64,000 nt of DNA from NCBI GenBank assembly GCA_963675295.2, contig CAXXKJ010000002.1, forward strand, positions 1,568,001 through 1,632,000, given 5' to 3'. The notes beneath the pieces were generated by a model that searched no databases, was not told the DNA's origin, and saw nothing but the letters and a program-made list of their open reading frames with translations. Within the stretch, counting starts at the first letter, position 1. Each line of letters opens with the position of its first letter. Source of the stretch: a bacterium (GTDB lineage: Bacteria > Electryoneota > Electryoneia > Electryoneales > Electryoneaceae). Positions 60,093-64,000 of the stretch are shown here, piece by piece. The translations under genes were made by a program, and so were the position numbers.

Positions 60093-60788
60093 TCATGCCT
60101 TCATTTCCACTTTCAGTGCCGAGTTTGCTTCACGGGTCCAGCTGGCGATTGCATCCCAATCCCGGTAATCGCCTTCGCTTACACGGACAACCGCGAAGAA
60201 GGAGTGCGCCAGCAGGCTGCCAAACATCGACATCTTGCTGTAGTCCAACGCACCGGCGAAACGGCCGATCTGGTTCGCGCTGACGTGTGGAAACAGTTCG
60301 GCGATCTTGTCGGCGTACCCGGCGGCGGTGTTCCGGCCACGGTCATCATTCTTCGCCAGCGTCAAGCATGTGAAGAAACAGGCAACTGGTTTGGTCGTCA
60401 AGACATCGAGGTTCTCTTCCACGAAGTCCCGCGCGTCGCCTGTCCAATTGTCGTAGTGGATCGGCGCTCCGAGTACGTATCCGTCATAGTCCTCCAGCGA
60501 TTTCACGTTGTCCATGTTCTGCAGGTCCAGGAGATGCCCGCGTTCGGCGAGCGACTTTGCCATGAATTCGGCGACACCGGCGGTCGAACCATGGCTGCTT
60601 GCATAGGTGACCAGAATCCGGCGGCCGGTGGGCACGTCCGGCTCGAAGGTTCCCTCGGGGAATTGAATCGACTTCGCTTGCGCGGTCGCGGGACTCAGGA
60701 TCATTTGTGCGGGAGTCGCCAACGCCGCAGCAGCCGCTGTGGCTTTCACACTGGTTGACAGGAACTTCCTTCGAGTCTGTGCTTGCAT
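60093..60788 (-). CDS. Flavodoxin-domain (HemG-like) protein with a twin-arginine signal
   Basis: TRRKFL Tat motif; ILVTYASSHGST, YVLGAPIH, FAGALDY, GDYRDWDAI. Confidence 0.85.
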   Translation of the reverse strand: MQAQTRRKFLSTSVKATAAAAALATPAQMILSPATAQAKSIQFPEGTFEPDVPTGRRILVTYASSHGSTAGVAEFMAKSLAERGHLLDLQNMDNVKSLEDYDGYVLGAPIHYDNWTGDARDFVEENLDVLTTKPVACFFTCLTLAKNDDRGRNTAAGYADKIAELFPHVSANQIGRFAGALDYSKMSMFGSLLAHSFFAVVRVSEGDYRDWDAIASWTREANSALKVEMKA

Positions 60789-60831
60789 GATGATATCCTC
60801 ATTCTGCTCTTAGTCGAATCGGGATGTCGAC

Positions 60832-60888
60832 TTGACACCGTGTCAATTGACATGGCGTCAAGATAGCAGTAGCTTTACACCATGTCAA
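60832..60888. promoter_or_regulatory. Three TetR-type operators TTGACA-N3-TGTCAA
   Basis: TTGACACCGTGTCAA at 60832-60846, TTGACATGGCGTCAA at 60847-60861, TTTACACCATGTCAA at 60874-60888. Confidence 0.8.
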
Positions 60889-61481
60889 GTGAACCATCGA
60901 ACACACACGAGCGCATCCTCACCGCCACCTGGCATCTGATGGAAGAACGGACGGGGAACGGCGTTCATATGGCGGATATCGCGAAACGTGCCGGGATATC
61001 CCGTCAGGCTCTCTACCTGCATTTCGAGTCCCGGGTGGACCTGCTGGTGGAGACGGTGATCTACGTCGACGTGCAGAATGGCCTCGACGATCGGATGATG
61101 CGAGTGGAGGAGGCCGAGTCTGCGGTCGCGAAGCTCGAGGCCCTGGTGGATGTGTGGGGCAACTACATCCCGGAGATCTACGGCCTGGCTCGTGCGTTGC
61201 TGAACGCGGACCCCGCGGATGAAGCCTCACGGACGGCGTACAACGACCGCATGGCGTGTCTCTGGCAGGCGTGCGAGGATCTGATGATGGTGCTGGCCGC
61301 GGAAGATCAGCTCGCGGACGGGTGGACGGTTCAGTCCGCGGCGGAACTGATGCGTGTGCTGCTGGCGATCCAGACGTGGGAACAACTGACGGTCGATCAA
61401 GGCTGGACAACCGCGCAGTATGTGGAACATGTCACCACGCTGATGCTGCGGACGTTTGTGAAGGACACGCAGGAGGTGTGA
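60882..61481 (+). CDS. TetR/AcrR family regulator
   Basis: MADIAKRAGISRQALYLHFESR HTH. Confidence 0.92.
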   Translation: MSSEPSNTHERILTATWHLMEERTGNGVHMADIAKRAGISRQALYLHFESRVDLLVETVIYVDVQNGLDDRMMRVEEAESAVAKLEALVDVWGNYIPEIYGLARALLNADPADEASRTAYNDRMACLWQACEDLMMVLAAEDQLADGWTVQSAAELMRVLLAIQTWEQLTVDQGWTTAQYVEHVTTLMLRTFVKDTQEV

Positions 61482-61642
61482 CGACGCCGGATGATTTTGC
61501 GCAACTGGCTCAGCCTGCCGATCACCGCCGACGGCCTGTCCTGCCTGTCGACCATGCGCTGGTGTTTAACGCGCCGGATGTCCATGAGCCCTTGGCACTG
61601 TGGTTCGTGGTAAAGGGCGTGGATGTAGTTTCTATGGAATGA
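61478..61642 (+). pseudogene. Possible gene remnant coupled to tetR
   Basis: GGAGG-GTGA overlap; 54 codons ending LALWFVVKGV. Confidence 0.3.
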
Positions 61643-61749
61643 CAAAAATGAAATTCGGTATTTCACAATGTTGGGTCAGGTACAACCATGGACAGACGTC
61701 CTAAGCATCCGTGGCGCTGACAACAGGTGTATCGGCAGCGCTAACGATA

Positions 61750-62220
61750 CTAGACTTCTACAATGTACTTCATATGTAGAAATTTTAGATTTGATAATGT
61801 AACAAAATTTACGGTTAAAGAATCATCATCGGTAAATATTTTTAATCCTAAGGGGCGGAGGTCTATATGATCAATAACCAATCTATCTTTACTCGATTGA
61901 CGTACATCTAACACTAGGACACCCTCGTCAGAACTTTTAGCATGGATTCTAACTCTTCTCTTAAAAATATCTTTTTGTATCTCTAATTTGTATCCTGATA
62001 TGCTTTCGTAGTTAATATTGCTAGAAGATATTATATCCTCCCAGCCAGAAATCTGTGTTCTAATCCATACTTGAGGAACGGAGCCCTTTCCGATAATTAA
62101 AGGGAGTTTCTTCTCAACTGAAAACAAAAACAACACGTGATCAGTTTCTATGCTCGCAACATTAATATATTCATAAGGCTTGTAGCCTACTGGAATCTCT
62201 TTTTTCTTTAGTTTAATCAT
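61750..62220 (-). CDS. AT-rich hypothetical protein
   Basis: About 156-aa ORF overlapping the upstream stop. Confidence 0.65.
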   Translation of the reverse strand: MIKLKKKEIPVGYKPYEYINVASIETDHVLFLFSVEKKLPLIIGKGSVPQVWIRTQISGWEDIISSSNINYESISGYKLEIQKDIFKRRVRIHAKSSDEGVLVLDVRQSSKDRLVIDHIDLRPLGLKIFTDDDSLTVNFVTLSNLKFLHMKYIVEV

Positions 62221-62641
62221 TATCATCACCATCAATAATCATGGAAATCGTTTTTTGTTCTTTAAAATAGTAATCAATTAACTTAATTACTTTTCTTCTT
62301 TTTGTAGGAATAAATTTTAAAGTGAATGTCAATATAACAAATGCAAAATGGAATAATATTGCCCAAAAATCATTAATATAAATTGTATTCGCCTGATTTA
62401 ATGTAAATGTGCCTGTTTTCAAAAATATAGTAAAAACGTTTGATAAATTCGCAATTGAAACGACTACGAAGCTTATTAGCATGGGCCAAAATACGTCAAT
62501 ATCAAGAATGTTTGTATGTGATAGATGATAGAATTTCATTTCATCAAGAAGATAGGGCCTGTTTCCTAAGTAAATTCCTGACCTCTCAATTTTGAGAGGC
62601 TTGTCTAGTGTTTTATCCTGTATAATCCGAATGTTACTCAT
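62213..62641 (-). CDS. AT-rich two-TM hypothetical protein
   Basis: GGAAGG RBS; two hydrophobic segments followed by KRRK. Confidence 0.7.
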   Translation of the reverse strand: MSNIRIIQDKTLDKPLKIERSGIYLGNRPYLLDEMKFYHLSHTNILDIDVFWPMLISFVVVSIANLSNVFTIFLKTGTFTLNQANTIYINDFWAILFHFAFVILTFTLKFIPTKRRKVIKLIDYYFKEQKTISMIIDGDDND

Positions 62642-62933
62642 ATGTCAGCATCGCCTTCCTTCAGGAGACCAAAACAAGTCAAAGAAAAAGCACGTCCGAT
62701 CCAACTATGGATTAAGATTTATTATACTATCTACATTGAACTCATGCGATCAAGCTAATATCTAATAATTTCAGAATGTAATTTCAAGAATTACCAAATG
62801 AATAATAACAACTTTTGGCAGATATTTCAACTCTGATAACGTTTGCTCCTCGCGTGAATTCGACAGCAAGGTCAGCGCTTCGCAGGTTGACCAGTAATCC
62901 GAACGGATCGTGAATGATAGTAGAATATACCAC

Positions 62934-63356
62934 TCACACCCTCGCATGTGGGGAGCGTTTGTGTTCGGAACGGTTGCTGGTTGTGCGTGATGTCTCCGGC
63001 GGTTCGATCAGGAGGTCGGCGGGGATGCCGAGGTCGTGGTGCAGGCGTTGGATCATGCTTTTGCTCAGCGGACGTGCGCCGGACAGAACCTCGCTGACTT
63101 TGGACGCCGACCCGAGATACGGGATCATGTCCTTCTGCTTCAGCCCCCGTTCTTCCATGATGAACTCGATAATTTCGAGCGGCGTGACAGGGTCGGTGAA
63201 GTAGACCCGGGATTCGTAGTCGTCGACGAGATATCCCAGCAACTCCAGCCGGTTTGCTTCGGGAGTTCCATCTGCTGGATCGAGGTCAAACAGCTTCCTC
63301 AGCTCCTTCATCGCCTCCGCGTGTTCCTCGGCAGTTTTTATCACTTTCGGGGTCAT
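62934..63356 (-). CDS. higA: HigA-family antitoxin
   Basis: KVIKTAEEH..A, LVDDYE, MEERGLKQKD, SKVSEVLSGARPLS..MI..LH..LGIPA. Confidence 0.9.
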   Translation of the reverse strand: MTPKVIKTAEEHAEAMKELRKLFDLDPADGTPEANRLELLGYLVDDYESRVYFTDPVTPLEIIEFIMEERGLKQKDMIPYLGSASKVSEVLSGARPLSKSMIQRLHHDLGIPADLLIEPPETSRTTSNRSEHKRSPHARV

Positions 63357-63366
63357 ACCGCACCTC

Positions 63367-63651
63367 CTACAACTGGCGTTTGCTGTATTCCGCATGAGTC
63401 CCGATCCATTCGATCAGACACATACCGTTTCTGAATCGTACCTCAACAACGAGCCTGTACTTGTTTCCGCCGAGGTTGAAGATGGCACGCTGGTCGCCAA
63501 TAAAATCAGTGGACCCGAACGTTTGCTTGATGTCATGAGGTGACTTCCAATCAACTCTTTGCACAATTCGTACCCATCGCAAGACGGGTCCACGGGCCTG
63601 AGCGTGTTTCTTCACGAATTTGTCAAGAATGTCACGTCCAAACACCTTCAT
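63367..63651 (-). CDS. higB: HigB-family toxin
   Basis: WKSPHDIK, IFNLGGNKYRLV, WIGTHAEY. Confidence 0.92.
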   Translation of the reverse strand: MKVFGRDILDKFVKKHAQARGPVLRWVRIVQRVDWKSPHDIKQTFGSTDFIGDQRAIFNLGGNKYRLVVEVRFRNGMCLIEWIGTHAEYSKRQL

Positions 63652-63689
63652 GGATGTCCCCACTCAAGACTTCAGAATATATAGCACGG

Positions 63690-63728
63690 TTCCCAAAATG
63701 GGAAGAATAAATATTCCCAAAACGGGAA
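63690..63728. promoter_or_regulatory. Tandem palindromic operators upstream of higBA
   Basis: TTCCCAAAATGGGAA at 63690-63704 and TTCCCAAAACGGGAA at 63714-63728. Confidence 0.75.
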
Positions 63729-63815
63729 CTCCTGGAGCCGCTACGAAACCCGGGTCACGAGATGACCCGGGCCACCCAGGCCATCGCCTAGGGCCCAGAG
63801 CCCACAGCCCATAGC

Positions 63816-64000
63816 CTATAGCCCGCTGAACAGATCCGCCTCGCCCATGATCTGTTTCAGTGGCAGGTCGACGGGCAGCTTGGCGAGTTCGCCGTGGCGT
63901 TCGAGGACTGCGTAGCCGTGTTCGCAGATGTAGTCGAACAGTTTCCAGGTGACTTCGACGTCCATCTTGCAGTATTCGATGATCTCCTTGACCTTGCCTT
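63816..64000 (-). CDS. 3' end of an RNase H-like (YprB/RNase_H_2) domain protein, truncated by the window edge
   Basis: Manual translation GKVKEIIEYCKMDVEVTWKLFDYICEHG...FSGL*. Confidence 0.7.
   Translation of the reverse strand, partial: GKVKEIIEYCKMDVEVTWKLFDYICEHGYAVLERHGELAKLPVDLPLKQIMGEADLFSGL

Overview
Bacterial chromosome segment that is GC-rich by eye. Several secreted proteins carry T9SS-type C-terminal sorting domains, which suggests an FCB-group lineage (inference). Core genes include sucA-sucB-lpdA, obgE, dprA, arcA, hslR, a GlcD-like oxidase, signalling proteins and a HigBA module. The most notable features are: (1) a translationally coupled pair of citrate-synthase-fold genes with complementary losses of active-site residues; (2) an archaeal-type HMG-CoA synthase/thiolase/DUF35 cluster with a cysteine-free DUF35 and five small ORFs inserted in it; (3) four sharply AT-rich inserts, including a three-gene island (TM protein, AAA/DUF3696 ATPase, unknown partner) that is a defence-system candidate, and a short cargo inside two nested perfect inverted repeats; (4) intergenic mosaics of 7-mer and 9-mer tandem repeats plus four REP-like palindrome families; (5) a 6S-RNA-like hairpin, an orphan terminator/sRNA candidate and a gene split by an in-frame TAG. 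All calls come from reading motifs by eye. No database searches were run.
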